Positions 36,876 through 47,916 of a stretch of DNA of 64,000 nucleotides are shown one piece after another. The number at the start of each line of letters is the position of its first letter. The first letter of the stretch is position 1. The position numbers and the translations under genes are program-made. This DNA is from Elsinoe ampelina (lineage: Eukaryota): contig ML992503.1 in assembly GCA_010093995.1 (NCBI GenBank), positions 1 through 64,000 of the forward strand. Direction: 5' to 3'. The notes under the pieces were generated by a model, which had not been told where the DNA came from, made no database searches, and worked only from the letters and a program-made list of their open reading frames with translations.

Positions 36876-36946
36876 GATTCCCTCTCCAGTCCTTCCCGAA
36901 GGGAGCATCGGGGGCCTTCTCGTCGACCACCCCGGGAGCGTCTGCG
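36712..36946 (+). ncRNA. Long hairpin: perfect 59-bp inverted repeat (36712-36770 / 36888-36946) plus an imperfect inner stem and a ~23-nt loop
   Basis: cgcagacgctcccggggtggtcgacgagaaggcccccgatgctcccttcgggaaggact is the exact reverse complement of 36888-36946. Inner pairs are ctcacttggcatg/catgcgaggtgag and gattccggcagg/cctgccggggtc. The repeat is certain; RNA function is inferred. Confidence 0.65.
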
Positions 36947-37581
36947 CTCATGCCTTTCTTGAGGTCGATCTGCTCAGACGCCGCTGGCGCCGACTTCAGG
37001 ACTGACCTGTCCGTTTGGACTCTGCTCTTATGCAGAAAGGTCGAGTTCTGACAAGTCTCAGATGAACTCGATGGCCTGGTCGGATAGAAGACGAGGCGGA
37101 CAATTGTATGCGTTCTGCGGACTGACCCGAGTCACTCTTTCTTGCTGCGTATCTGCTTTCTCTGGTAGTTTGGGCTTCGCAAGATCTCGCCTTGTGGAGG
37201 CATGGGGGTAACACTTGCAAGCAGTAGCACAGTGATTCAACATCACTGTGAGGTTCCAATGGAAGTTCCTGTTCTCCACACTGTCTCTTTGAATCAGATT
37301 CGTCGCTGAATGTCCTCAACTCCCATAATCTGAAGGTTCGACTGAGACACAACGGAAGTGGTAGTGGTGAATCTGCCAACATGCTCCAGATCTGGGCTTC
37401 AAATAGCGAGTGACCAGCAAGTCATCTCGCCATACTGTGACTCCGGCGATAATGACCGGCTTTAGGAGATACGGTGACCACAAGTAAGCACATATACAGC
37501 ATGGTCATCCTCCACCACTGAAACACACTTGATAAGGGGCTTCCTAGCAGCTGAGCCCAAAGTTGATTGCAAAACGTCAAG

Positions 37582-38065
37582 ATGGCCGACCTAGCTGCAA
37601 CCATGCGGGCAACTACCGAAGGCTTCCTCTACTCCTTCAATGGGGACTGGCAGCCAGATGCCACTCTCGCCTACCGCTCTGAAAATTGCAAACATGTCTT
37701 TCTTCCTGCCTCGATCGGTACGCCCGAGAAGACCAAAGGCGAATGGGCAGCCTACTTCAAAAATGTCGCACCTCTCGTTAAGGACGCAAAGGTGCGCATC
37801 CCTCTCCGCACGAGTCAAGCTTACTGACAAATCACAGATGACTATCAACGACTACCTCGCTAGTCCGGCGGAGCGGAGAGCAATATGTCGCTCCTCCATG
37901 ACGGCCAGCACAGCTGCTGGACCCTTTAACAATGAGTACGTCTGGTTCCTCACCTTCGACGAGACGGGGAAGCAAATCACTCGCATCGAGGAGTTCCTAG
38001 ATAGTGCAGCGACGCAGGAGATCAGGGCGAGGTTTCGGGATGCAGGGTTGTTGCCGAAGCATTGA
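37582..38065 (+). CDS. Small SnoaL/NTF2-like protein (AusH/Trt14-like), 2 exons
   Basis: RSENCKHVFLPAS and GPFNNEYVWFLTFDETGKQITRIEEFLDS. Intron ~37792-37838. Confidence 0.8.
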
Positions 38066-38136
38066 CTTCTTGATGGGATCTATGCACACACGAGATCTGC
38101 CCTTTCCCAGTAAGACGAAACCGACGAGGAGAGCCA

Positions 38137-39674
38137 TCAAGATGTTGGTCGAAGGATGATTCGCTTGTACGCTGTCAAAGGCTGTGGTCTGCTATCCTCG
38201 ATGCTAAGGATGATGTGGATGGTCTGGGAGTGTCAGTGGAGCACACAAATCTCAATCGGAAGAAGACGCACTAAATTGTTGTTTGGGGTGACTTGACCGA
38301 TGCTGCCCAGCTCGTTGAGTGGCGTGATAGTGACGTTGGGAGACACCCTCGGTATATCGCCTTCCAATCTGATACTCGGCTCACGATAATGAAACCAGCT
38401 GAAAGAAAGGTCGTCCCCGTCTGGATCGTATGACTGTGATGCATCGACCGTGATCGAGTCTCCCAGCTTGTATGGCACTTCCAATGCGTCAAAACTGCAG
38501 GATCCATTCACATGAGCCACTGGGATATGGTTCACTCGAGATGAATCAGAATTGACAGACCATTGCATGCGGGCTGCAAAGTCAAATTGAAATGCCTGGC
38601 GCCACCTCCAGATACTGACGTACTTGCTGTAGAAGGTGTCGTTGTTTTTGCCGACGGCAAAGTCGTTGGCATCGCTATAGGTCGAGGTCAGGCCAGAGGA
38701 GTCGGCGAGGATGTAGCGGCCGCCCCAGCCGCCCCATTCTGGATGCTCGGGTGCGTTCAGGCCATTTGGTAGTAGTCCAAGAAATGATGGAGTGTCGCCT
38801 TCCATGATGTATGACCAGTTCAGATAGTGAGCTCCCAATTCACCGATGCGGATGTTGTCTTGGAGCCACTCATTAGTCACGATCGAAGTATCTGGTCCGC
38901 CTGCATCGAAGGGCCGGAGCACTTCCCCGGAGATACCCTGAAGCAGTGTCAGTCCAAGTTCATGGGACAAAGTGAAGAAGGTCTTACGATCCAGGTCGGT
39001 ATGGCATACTCGCTGAATCCATGGATCGATACAATGTAAAACAGGGTCGGGAAGTGGAATCGGATCCACGGGCCGGAGTTATCCTGATCAGAGATAGAGT
39101 AGACTCGCAGCTTGCGGACGAAACTGGCCACCTGCTCTGGTGTGCGCGAGTGCTTGATCTGGTTGAGGGCTTCGGCGAGCACATTGGCGCCTCCCCATGC
39201 GAGTACCCAAAGTGGCTCGTCTGATGCATCCGTGGCGTTGATCAACGCAGTGGAGGCGTTGCTTGAGTATGGCTCTTCAAGTGCAGCAAGACCATAGACT
39301 GGCTGCCCAGTGACGACGCTGGCAGCCACGTCCTCTGCAGCCGGATATCGCCCAGCTTCTGGTACATTTGCATTGAGGTTGTCGATGACCTGACTGTATC
39401 CGTCGATAACGCCAAAGATGGAGGCGGTGTCGATCGAGTCATTTTTCCAGGTAGAAGTCACGCCAGCAATGTTGACTATGTCAAGCTCATTTGCATGTGT
39501 CATGAGTCGGACAAGGCTCATTTGGTCGTCAGGCTCATTCGAGATATCAGTCATGACAAAGACACGGGTCTTGTTGGCGTAACGAGCGCTGTCGCATGTT
39601 GCATTCTGAGCTGTGCTGACCAGAGGCTGCAAGGCCAGCAGACTGGTGATTGCTAGGGACGCGTTGTTCTTCAT
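38137..39674 (-). CDS. Secreted DUF1593-family protein (nucleoside-hydrolase-like N-domain), 3 exons
   Basis: Signal peptide, VMTDISNEPDDQMSLVRL, WGGANVLAEAL, YSISDQD, MEGDTPSFL, WGGWGGRY, DFAARMQW and DASQSYDPDGD. Confidence 0.85.
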
Positions 39675-40604
39675 GGCTGTGTGAGAAACTGGTCATGGCA
39701 CACCGCAGACATCTTACCATCTTTGTATATTCAACCCCTCACTATACCTACCGTCATCGTTCGCTGGAATTGTGACCGAGCAAGAAAGGTTTGCGGTCCA
39801 TGTGGGCTTTATCCATGTGAAAAGGTCCTCGTAGCTCGATAAACTTGCCTGGTCCAAGGATGAAGTCCGGCTGTTTCCAATCTGGATGGCATCATGGCCT
39901 TTTGTGCGGAGAGGATCGACATGCCCCGCCAAATATTTTGTCCACCTGGCAGTTCCGTGGAAAAGACAGTGCGTCATTTGGCAGAGAAAGAGCTTGTCGG
40001 CTATTGAAAATCGGTGTCGACCCAGAGTCCCTCACCAAGGCTCTGCAGCCCTCCTACGAGAGAGAGCACCCTTGCCATTCACATTTCAACAGACGACAAA
40101 CCTCACGCCGTCGCGAGTAATGACCACTGTGGCCGGCATGGTCAATGATCCTGACCGGTTGGTAAGGCGGCTCAAGGACAAGCCATAGTCCTCCATTGCC
40201 CGGCCGAGGCTGAGAAGAGGTGATATTCCAGCAATTTGGGTCAGGACTCTGCGACTGACCTGTCATGAAACCTTCCAAAATGTGCCCTGGAGGGATTGAT
40301 GTAGGGTGTGTCCGTATACCATGCCTGGTCAGCATCGGCACATCAAGGATATCCCGGCCTCAATATCCAAGTCGTCTGGAGGTCATCTGGAAAGATAGGC
40401 TGGAGATGAGGTGGATTCGATCGACCGGATGGTGGATGAAGAAGCACCGAGTTGTTTGGGACGTGATTGGAGCGACGAGGTGCCAAGGACGTCGGATCTC
40501 GACCGATTTTGATACCAAAACGCCTCTCCCAATTTCCGGAGATGAGACCGTCTACTTTTTTTCTCATTTTCTCGCCCTCTGCCTCGCCCTCGACCCATTT
40601 TAAG

Positions 40605-41017
40605 GGGAATTGTTATCGAGTGACCGCGTTTTGGTTATCGAGTAGCCGCAGTAACTGTTTCTGGATTAGACTTTTTTAGTAACGTCCACAACGAAATTTT
40701 GACAGTTTTTCTATGGCCGAGCTGCAGCCCGGGTTTTTATGCGTATATCGTCTCCCCCGGTTGTCTGTCTCCCCCGGCTATCTGTCTCCCCCGGCTATCT
40801 CCTCCGGCTGTCTCTCCTAGCTGTCCGGCTACCTCCTCTTTAGCTACTAGCTACTTTCTCTCTGCCTCTCGATATAGGCTATAAGACAAGCTATATACGT
40901 TGATCGCCATGTACGGAGAATTTAAGGTTCTGATATGCGGGGTTAGCCGCGACTTGTCTGAAAACGGTTACTGCGGTCACTCCATAACCAAAACGCGGTC
41001 ACTCGATAACAATTCCC
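40605..41017. mobile_element. 413-bp non-autonomous Mutator-like MITE with ~55-bp TIRs and a 9-bp TSD CATTTTAAG
   Basis: Both ends read gggaattgttatcgagtgaccgcgttttggttat in inverted orientation. CATTTTAAG is duplicated at 40596-40604 and 41018-41026. Internal tctcccccggct repeats are present. Confidence 0.9.
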
Positions 41018-41377
41018 CATTTTAAGTCCCGTCCATGTCCTTTTCCTGAAGCACTCGACCAATCCGGAGCGACTCGAAACAGACTCGTCGCTAGGCCGTC
41101 ACACGCGCTTGTTGCAAGTCTCCGTCTTTACCCAGTGATGCTTAAGCTGTGCCGCAGACGCTTCATTTCCCATGCTCTTAGGTCGTGGGGACTATCCCGG
41201 CCTTTGCAACTTGGCCCTGCAGGGCCTGCCATAAAGGTTGTGATCCGGTCAGAGATAACGTTGATTGATGTGGATCCATGGTAAGGTATATCTCTGATCA
41301 CTTCCCGTTTGCTGTCAACAGTGGCGCACAGCACTTTCTCACCCCAGTCACTCGTTTTTCAGTGTGTCTTCACGCAA

Positions 41378-41667
41378 TGCGTTACAAGCTGTTGACGGCG
41401 AGTACGGCCAAGGCTGTCATACTTCTGCTGGTCACAATCTTTTTCCTGTACTCTCTGCTCGAGCGGGATGAATGTTCAGGTGGATGCGACTACGAGGACG
41501 ATGAGATGGGACCATTCGAGACTTTGTATCGGCCTGGCTGGAAGGGGTATGGACGTCAGGACAACCACATTCACTTTGCAGAGGTCAACCAAGCAGTGGT
41601 GGATATCAAAGGAGGACCACAGTCACTACCTCCGCCTCCGAAACGGAGCATTAATTTTGTGGGATGA
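41378..41667 (+). CDS. Possible small membrane-anchored protein or gene remnant
   Basis: ORF MRYKLL.. with a single hydrophobic stretch. No recognisable family. Confidence 0.3.
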
Positions 41668-42652
41668 ACACGAATGGTCTAGCACGATGAAATGAATCAC
41701 ACACACGGCAGACTGAACAAAGCAGAGACGGCGCATTACGACCAATCAACGAGGACGACGAGAAAGAGATCTCGGACAGCCATGCTGCGCTCGTCTGGCC
41801 CTCCACTTTACTGGCCCCTCGGATATTATCATAACGCGCAGCCCTTAGCGACCCCTCACACCTAGTCACAGGATCGCTGGCCTTCACAGCACAAGTCAGT
41901 GGGCGCCACACTTTACATGGCGCGCTATGAAACTAAGAACGGGGCGAGCTGGCCGGCATAATGGCCCAGATGAGACTCGTCAGAACTACCAGTGCGCAGA
42001 GCGCCAGCGACGGGCGCAAGGACGACCTCTGCGAGACGCAGATGGGGCGTTCCAGGACGAGCGAGATTTCCCAAGCAGCGTCATTGCCGATCATCCCAGT
42101 TCGATCGTCGCCGGGCTCGCCGTCATTCTCTTTTACCACACCACATGGTCCAGGTTGACCCGTGGCATCAGCGAGTCTGCGAACGTGGCGGAGCCACTGA
42201 TTAGAGCCTACTCCCACGCAACGTGGTAGTGGTTGAATGCGGATGGACGTGTCAGGGTCGGCAACATGGTCCAGGTTGTACAGCATTATGGCACACAGCA
42301 TTGTTAGGCGCTGTTGGGTACAGTCGTCGGGGTGGAAGGCTGGTGAAAGGGCACTTGGGGGGCGCCGGCGCCCAACCAGGACGGACCAGGTTATATAGCA
42401 TTCACCGGTCGTATGGCATTAGCCAGATCATAGGCACCTTGATGCAAGTTCCACAGCATTATGAGAAATTTCTGAACGATTCATGAGATTGCATACCACT
42501 GTCACATGCATACCACCAACCTCCGATGCCGGATCTTCCTTGTGCTCTATCCCGTATGTAAGCGACCTTGCATACACAAGTAAGTCTCATGCCTGTTAAT
42601 GAACGCTGTCACGTCCCTCATCACTTCTTGTCTTTCTGTTTGGTATCTCCCA

Positions 42653-43198
42653 ATGTCGTCGTCTGGCCCCACCTTCACCATCCACCCCGCCACCACCCCC
42701 ACCCACATCACCCAAGCCCGTACCCTCATTGAGGCGTACGCAAACTGGCTAGACCTGGACCTCACCTTTCAGTCTTTCTCCACCGAGCTCTCTTCTCTAC
42801 CAGGGTGCTACGCCCCTCCATCAGGCAGGCTACTCCTCGCCCTCACCCCCTCCGATGAAGCGATTGGAGTCATCGGCCTGCGATGCCTACCTTCGAGTAA
42901 GTCCGGAAAAGAAGCAGAGCTCAAGCGTCTCTATGTCTTGCCCTCAGCTCGTGGCTCGGGAGCAGGAAGGGCGTTGGTCGAAGCCGCGATCGAGGCAGCG
43001 ACGGAGGAGAGATACGAGAGACTGAGGCTAGACACATTGGGTCACATGACGGGGGCGATTGGGCTCTACAAGTCATTCGGGTTCAAGGCGGTGGACGCTT
43101 ACTATAAAACGCCATTAGAAGGAACGGTGTTTCTAGACCTGGACCTGAGGGAGCCAAGACACCAGGCACAAGGGAGACAAGTGAATATGTCTGATTGA
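42653..43198 (+). CDS. GNAT-family N-acetyltransferase
   Basis: DLTFQSFSTELSSLPGCYAPP, ELKRLYVLPSARGSGAG (acetyl-CoA motif), LDTL..M..AIGLYKSFGF. Confidence 0.88.
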   Translation: MSSSGPTFTIHPATTPTHITQARTLIEAYANWLDLDLTFQSFSTELSSLPGCYAPPSGRLLLALTPSDEAIGVIGLRCLPSSKSGKEAELKRLYVLPSARGSGAGRALVEAAIEAATEERYERLRLDTLGHMTGAIGLYKSFGFKAVDAYYKTPLEGTVFLDLDLREPRHQAQGRQVNMSD

Positions 43199-43325
43199 AA
43201 GGCTGGAGAACGCTACGTGCTGTCGTGATATTATAATGTGGGTCGTGTCTCGTCATACAACTCCCACGGGGTATGTGTCATGCTCAAATTGCTGATGTCT
43301 CTTCTCCCTAGCTCTTGCTGACTCT

Positions 43326-44273
43326 CTAATAAGGTGGCTTCTCTGTCTGCGCTCGCTTGTAGCCGCGATTCCTCCTACCAATGCAACAGTCTGCGGTCCA
43401 CCAGATGACGGTAATGAACATGGCTGCTGTAGCTGCCCACGTCAAAGCGAGGAATCTATTGCCGCGCTGAGCTTGAATACCGACTTGCTCTGCATACCGA
43501 TTGATGATGCGAACGGCGACGACGCCGATGGCTGTGACGAGACCGCTGGCTACACCGATCGCGAGGAAGGCCAAGAAACTAAGGATAAGGACACCACAGG
43601 CGGACAGGCGGCCGGAGAAGACAATCGAGACGATAGCTGCGATGGTGGCCAACGCGATCAAGGCGATGGCAATACAATAGACGATGAAAGTCGCCCGCTG
43701 GACAGCCCGGAGTGCGCGCAGACCATCGTCGATCTGAGACGGCCAGTTGAGGTCAGACACGTTGATGTTGCTATTCCCCGACTCGTTCAAGTTGCGCTGC
43801 AATGCCTCACGTGGGTCGAATTGGAAGCTCGTGGTGCGGTTGCTGCAGTAGGTGGTGTTGCGGTCAATGTCGCCGAGCGAGACGGTGGCATTGGGAGTCG
43901 GAGTGGGCTCGTAGAAGCCTTCGCAGTAGGTCATGATGTGGGCAGAGTAGTAATCACGGAGTCCAAGGCGACGAGCGACGGTAGTGATGATGTCCTCGGC
44001 TTGGTCCTGGATACTCTCAGGGACGAGGTCGAGGATGTCGTTGACTTGTTCATTGCTGGTGACGAGATCGCTGTCGAGGGCGTTCTGGCCGATTTGAGAT
44101 GTGTTCAACTGGGAATATGTCAGGATACGGTATTCTGCGCAACGTGGTCTACGTACTGTTATGAGGGGATAGTCCTCCATGAATGTTGGGGTCGAGCCTG
44201 CGAACAAACATAGGAACGATAGAGTGAGGGCGGCCAGTCCCAGCAGGACAGGCACGATGGCGGAAAATCTCAT
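43326..44273 (-). CDS. SUR7/PalI-family membrane protein (intron 44109-44156)
   Basis: N-terminal TM with LCLFAG, DYYSAHIMTYCEG..CS, and three C-terminal TM helices. Confidence 0.85.
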   Translation of the reverse strand: MRFSAIVPVLLGLAALTLSFLCLFAGSTPTFMEDYPLITVRRPRCAEYRILTYSQLNTSQIGQNALDSDLVTSNEQVNDILDLVPESIQDQAEDIITTVARRLGLRDYYSAHIMTYCEGFYEPTPTPNATVSLGDIDRNTTYCSNRTTSFQFDPREALQRNLNESGNSNINVSDLNWPSQIDDGLRALRAVQRATFIVYCIAIALIALATIAAIVSIVFSGRLSACGVLILSFLAFLAIGVASGLVTAIGVVAVRIINRYAEQVGIQAQRGNRFLALTWAATAAMFITVIWWTADCCIGRRNRGYKRAQTEKPPY

Positions 44274-45059
44274 GGTTGACTGAACGAGTGAATGTACGTG
44301 AGGAGGGATGGATGAGTGAGAAAAGGAGGAGACGCTGCGTGTTCATATGATATGGACAAAAAAGTAGCCAAAGTTGTCCAAAGGTAAAGAAAAGGTTGGC
44401 GTATGACATCACATTCCAGCTGTGCACACAGCAACCAAGCAGAACCAAGCAGAACCAACCTTTTTGATCCAAATCCAGTTTTGCAGGGGAGATCAATATA
44501 GCAGCCATTCAGAGCGCGCGTTCGTGCCATCTCCTGACATGGTGTGCCTCGTGTAGCGTGTTTCACAGATGCTGTGCTGGCGTTTGCTCCTGATGGTGGC
44601 GCAGTTGCACGCGTACAGATCGAGGCTCGACATCGAATGGGATTCACCTGCACATGTCAGAGTGCATAACCAAGGCCGCTGAGGAGGTATTTGATGAAAT
44701 TGAGATGAGAATGAAGTCGTAGACAGTGTTAGTAATTGCCTCCAACGGCTTGCCTGCGCTTGCCACATGCGGCGCCCGTTGAACCCATCCGTACCATCAG
44801 CTATCCAATATTGATAAACTCTTCCTCTAAGCTCATGACAAGAAAAATTGCACGCGACAAGTGTCCCTGAAGCTGTTCTCCTGCAGGAAGAAAAGACCCC
44901 TCTGCCCGTCACGCCGTGTCCAGGTCTCGCCCCCGCCATCGGCCTCGTCGGAGTTAGTCATCCATCCTCATCCCACATTCCTCATCCTCACCGGCATCCA
45001 CATCCTCTCGAATGTAGACATCTGGCTACATTCCTCTTCGTCGCTACACTCACTCCTGC

Positions 45060-45776
45060 ATGCCTCTGACAATCAAACCTCCGCGCCGTCCCTCGACCTC
45101 TGAAACTCTCTCCGGCGGCAATAACAGCTCCTTCGACACCACTCGAGACACGTCACCTGTTCCCCCACTCGCCAGCCCCATCAGTCCGAAAGTGCAGTCC
45201 GCAAAGACGAAAGCTCTCCCGAATGTCGACCTTATAGACAAGCCTCCTTCTCGGCCATTCTCTGACGAGGATTCGACCGATGCTATAGCTCTGCGAGCTG
45301 CCATCTCTAGCTTGCAGGTCCAACGGAGGAAGGCAGAGGAGGACATCAAGACACTACAGAAGATAAGAGACGATGCGCTAGCCAGGCCAGACGAGTTTCA
45401 GAAGCATGTGGTGGAGACGGCGACTAAGCAGCTGAAGAAGCCATCCAAATTCGATGTCGATGCGCCGGAGGAGCAGGAAGAGAAGATGGTCGACAGCCCA
45501 CAAGCCTTCCCTCCCATTCCTGAGCCGCAAGATATCGTAAGGTGTCCACCGATCAATTGGGACAAGTATCACGTTGTTGGAGAATCCTTCGATCGTATGC
45601 ATAATGCGCAAAAAGCGGGGCAGAGAGGGGTAGCCTCACAGTACGACCCAACTGTAGACCGGCTGGAGACTCGCAAGAACAGTACACCACGGGAGGGCAG
45701 GAAGGACAGCGGCGCCTCTGCTGGAAGTCCGCAAAACAAATTGAGGCCCTTCACAAAGGTCACGGCCAGTAGATGA
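45060..45776 (+). CDS. Hypothetical fungal protein with a coiled coil
   Basis: 238-aa ORF containing DAIALRAAISSLQVQR..DIKTL and PEPQDIVRCPPINWDKYHVVG. Confidence 0.75.
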   Translation: MPLTIKPPRRPSTSETLSGGNNSSFDTTRDTSPVPPLASPISPKVQSAKTKALPNVDLIDKPPSRPFSDEDSTDAIALRAAISSLQVQRRKAEEDIKTLQKIRDDALARPDEFQKHVVETATKQLKKPSKFDVDAPEEQEEKMVDSPQAFPPIPEPQDIVRCPPINWDKYHVVGESFDRMHNAQKAGQRGVASQYDPTVDRLETRKNSTPREGRKDSGASAGSPQNKLRPFTKVTASR

Positions 45777-46039
45777 TCTGATAGAGACACACGAGTTACG
45801 AGTTATGCGACACGGAGCAGCGACAGATAGCATGCCAAACCAAAATTTCCCATCCTCACAGTATGAAATCACCCACGTGTCTGTACATTTGATTTCATCA
45901 AAGCCAAGATCTGTTCGTTGCATGTGTGCTCGCCGTTTTTATCGCCACCGGTTCCGATATCGTTCACTCCGACCTCACATCGGCCAGATCCGATCGATAC
46001 ATATTCCAACCACGTGCATCTCTGCTTCCACCCTACACC

Positions 46040-46721
46040 ATGTCTTACCCGAATAAACCTACGCATGCTCGCCATGAGACGGCCCTCATACATGGGCTCT
46101 CCACAGCAGAGTTTGCGCGCTTGACAGACATTTGCACTGAGGCCAAGGCCAAAGCATACTGTATTCCATCCCCTGTCCCGCCTATTTTGTCAATATTGTC
46201 ACGACAACAGCACGAAAAGTTCCTATTTTGCCACGATATTTTCATTGTGCTCACACGAATCCTTCGATATCCTTGCTGACCATGGTAGGCCCCTATTCAC
46301 ACTTCCGAGTCGGCGCATCGGTCCTCCTCAAATCTGGCGTCTACATCGCGGGAGCAAATGTGGAAAATGCCGCCTATCCAGTCGGCACATGCGCCGAGCG
46401 AGTAGCTCTGGGAACAGCTGCTGTCCAAGAAGTATTCTCGTCCTACTACCACAATCGGAGTGCCCGCTGACTGCTTCCCAGGGAGCCAGACCAGGAGATA
46501 TTCGTGCCATCGCCGTCGCCACTGATGCCAGCACTCCCAGCAGCCCCTGTGGTATGTGCAGACAATTCATCAACGAGTTCGCCGAGGCCAGTACGCCCAT
46601 CATCATGTTCGACAAGGATGGAAAGTTTGTCGTCATGACCGTTGAGCAATTGCTCCCCATGGGCTTCGGTCCGGATCAGCTCAAGCGATCCGAAGCCGCT
46701 GCTGCGAGGATACAAGAATGA
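46040..46721 (+). CDS. CDD1: Cytidine deaminase, 3 exons
   Basis: [25 protein letters not shown] and SPCGMCRQ zinc motifs, LLPMGF. Confidence 0.93.
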
Positions 46722-46873
46722 GTGATCGCGGCAAGCATGTGGGAGGAGTAATGGTCGGATGGGGTCTGATCAGCATGGAGTTGCGGTAGAGGACGCGCAT
46801 AGCAGGTGGGACGGCGGGAGGGACGGCATTCGCAGGACAGGGGTATCATAGATTGTTGTATTCTACATCATCA

Positions 46874-47620
46874 TCAGTGCACCAGCACGACCGGCTTCCC
46901 CTTCTCCCAGCCATCTATACTTTCCCGAATGTTCACCCAATACCGCAACCTGACCGCCTCCTCCTTCGCCGTCTCCATGTCGTCCCCTTCGAACGCCTTC
47001 CCGAGCACCTCCTCACTCTCGGCTATCCGGCCCTCATTCGTCTCCTTGAGTCCCTCCAGATCCTCCTCCTTCTCCGCCTCCTCGATCGTCTCCCTCGTCT
47101 CCAACACTTCCATCAGCAAATCCGGGTCTTCCACCTTGGCTGTCTCGTCCTCTGCGACATCGATTCCCCGCAGACTCAGGAGGTATTGCGCCCTCAACAA
47201 GGGATTCTGTAACGTCTTGTACGCCTCGTTGATTCTGGCAGAAAGTCCCTCGGCTTGTCGCTTCTTGGACGCTGGGGCGAGGTCCGGGTGCGCCTTTGCT
47301 TGGAGTTGAAGGAACTCGCGCCGAAGAGCTTTGAGGTCTATCTTGAAAGGGCCTTTGGGAGGGGTGCGCTCAGCTCCAAGGGTGAGGGGAAAGTATTCGT
47401 AGTGGGTCTGCGGGAGGAGGGACTCCTTGGTCGAGGTGGCCTCCGTAGAACGGGTGACGGTGGAAGTGCCAAAGCATCGAGACATCGGTCTTGATGTTCT
47501 TACTGGTCGTGAGAAGGCGATGTTGCACCGCGGGCATGTTCGGAGAGTTGCGAGTCGTGGGGACCGGGTAGGAATGTCATATAGGACTTGGGCGGCTCGC
47601 CGCTCTATGTAAGACCGCAT
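46874..47620 (-). CDS. JAC1: Mitochondrial Fe-S cluster co-chaperone (HscB family)
   Basis: Presequence, J-domain HPD, SARINEAYKTLQNPLLRAQYLL, LLMEVLETRE and RLRYW. Confidence 0.92.
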   Translation of the reverse strand: MRSYIERRAAQVLYDIPTRSPRLATLRTCPRCNIAFSRPVRTSRPMSRCFGTSTVTRSTEATSTKESLLPQTHYEYFPLTLGAERTPPKGPFKIDLKALRREFLQLQAKAHPDLAPASKKRQAEGLSARINEAYKTLQNPLLRAQYLLSLRGIDVAEDETAKVEDPDLLMEVLETRETIEEAEKEEDLEGLKETNEGRIAESEEVLGKAFEGDDMETAKEEAVRLRYWVNIRESIDGWEKGKPVVLVH

Positions 47621-47916
47621 ACCTATATGTGAATTACTGGTTAAATCGATTGTGGTGTACTTAGAGAACTCGATGGGGCGTCAAGAAGCAATGGTAGTGT
47701 CGAGGTTGCTCAGACAAATCTCAAAATTGACGTCACTAAACGCCAAGACATCAGAGGTGCAGCTGTCCATTTGCCGTTGCGATTTATCCTCCTCTTCGTC
47801 CATACAGCTTATAGACTTGTTGCTCGCGCCATCTCATTCCTAATCCCGTCTTCACAGCGCTTCTGTTAAGCGACCGATACCCTTTTGCGATCACTGCCGC
47901 CCTCTGCGGATCTCCA

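Noticed and set aside
36712..36946. Hairpin as an ordinary MITE
   Set aside because: No target-site duplication flanks it (atgcattta versus ctcatgcc), it shows no RIP, and pairing continues almost to the centre. Copy number cannot be checked here, so this is disfavoured rather than excluded.
36996..37450. Minus-strand ORF fragments converging on the hairpin (possible partner gene)
   Set aside because: They are short, stop-interrupted and carry no recognisable motif, so a gene cannot be supported.
43473..44213. 246-aa plus-strand ORF
   Set aside because: It is the antisense shadow of the SUR7-family gene.
44431..44460. 10-bp repeat agcagaacca, ~3 copies, upstream of the SUR7-family gene
   Set aside because: It is a short simple repeat with no evidence of function.
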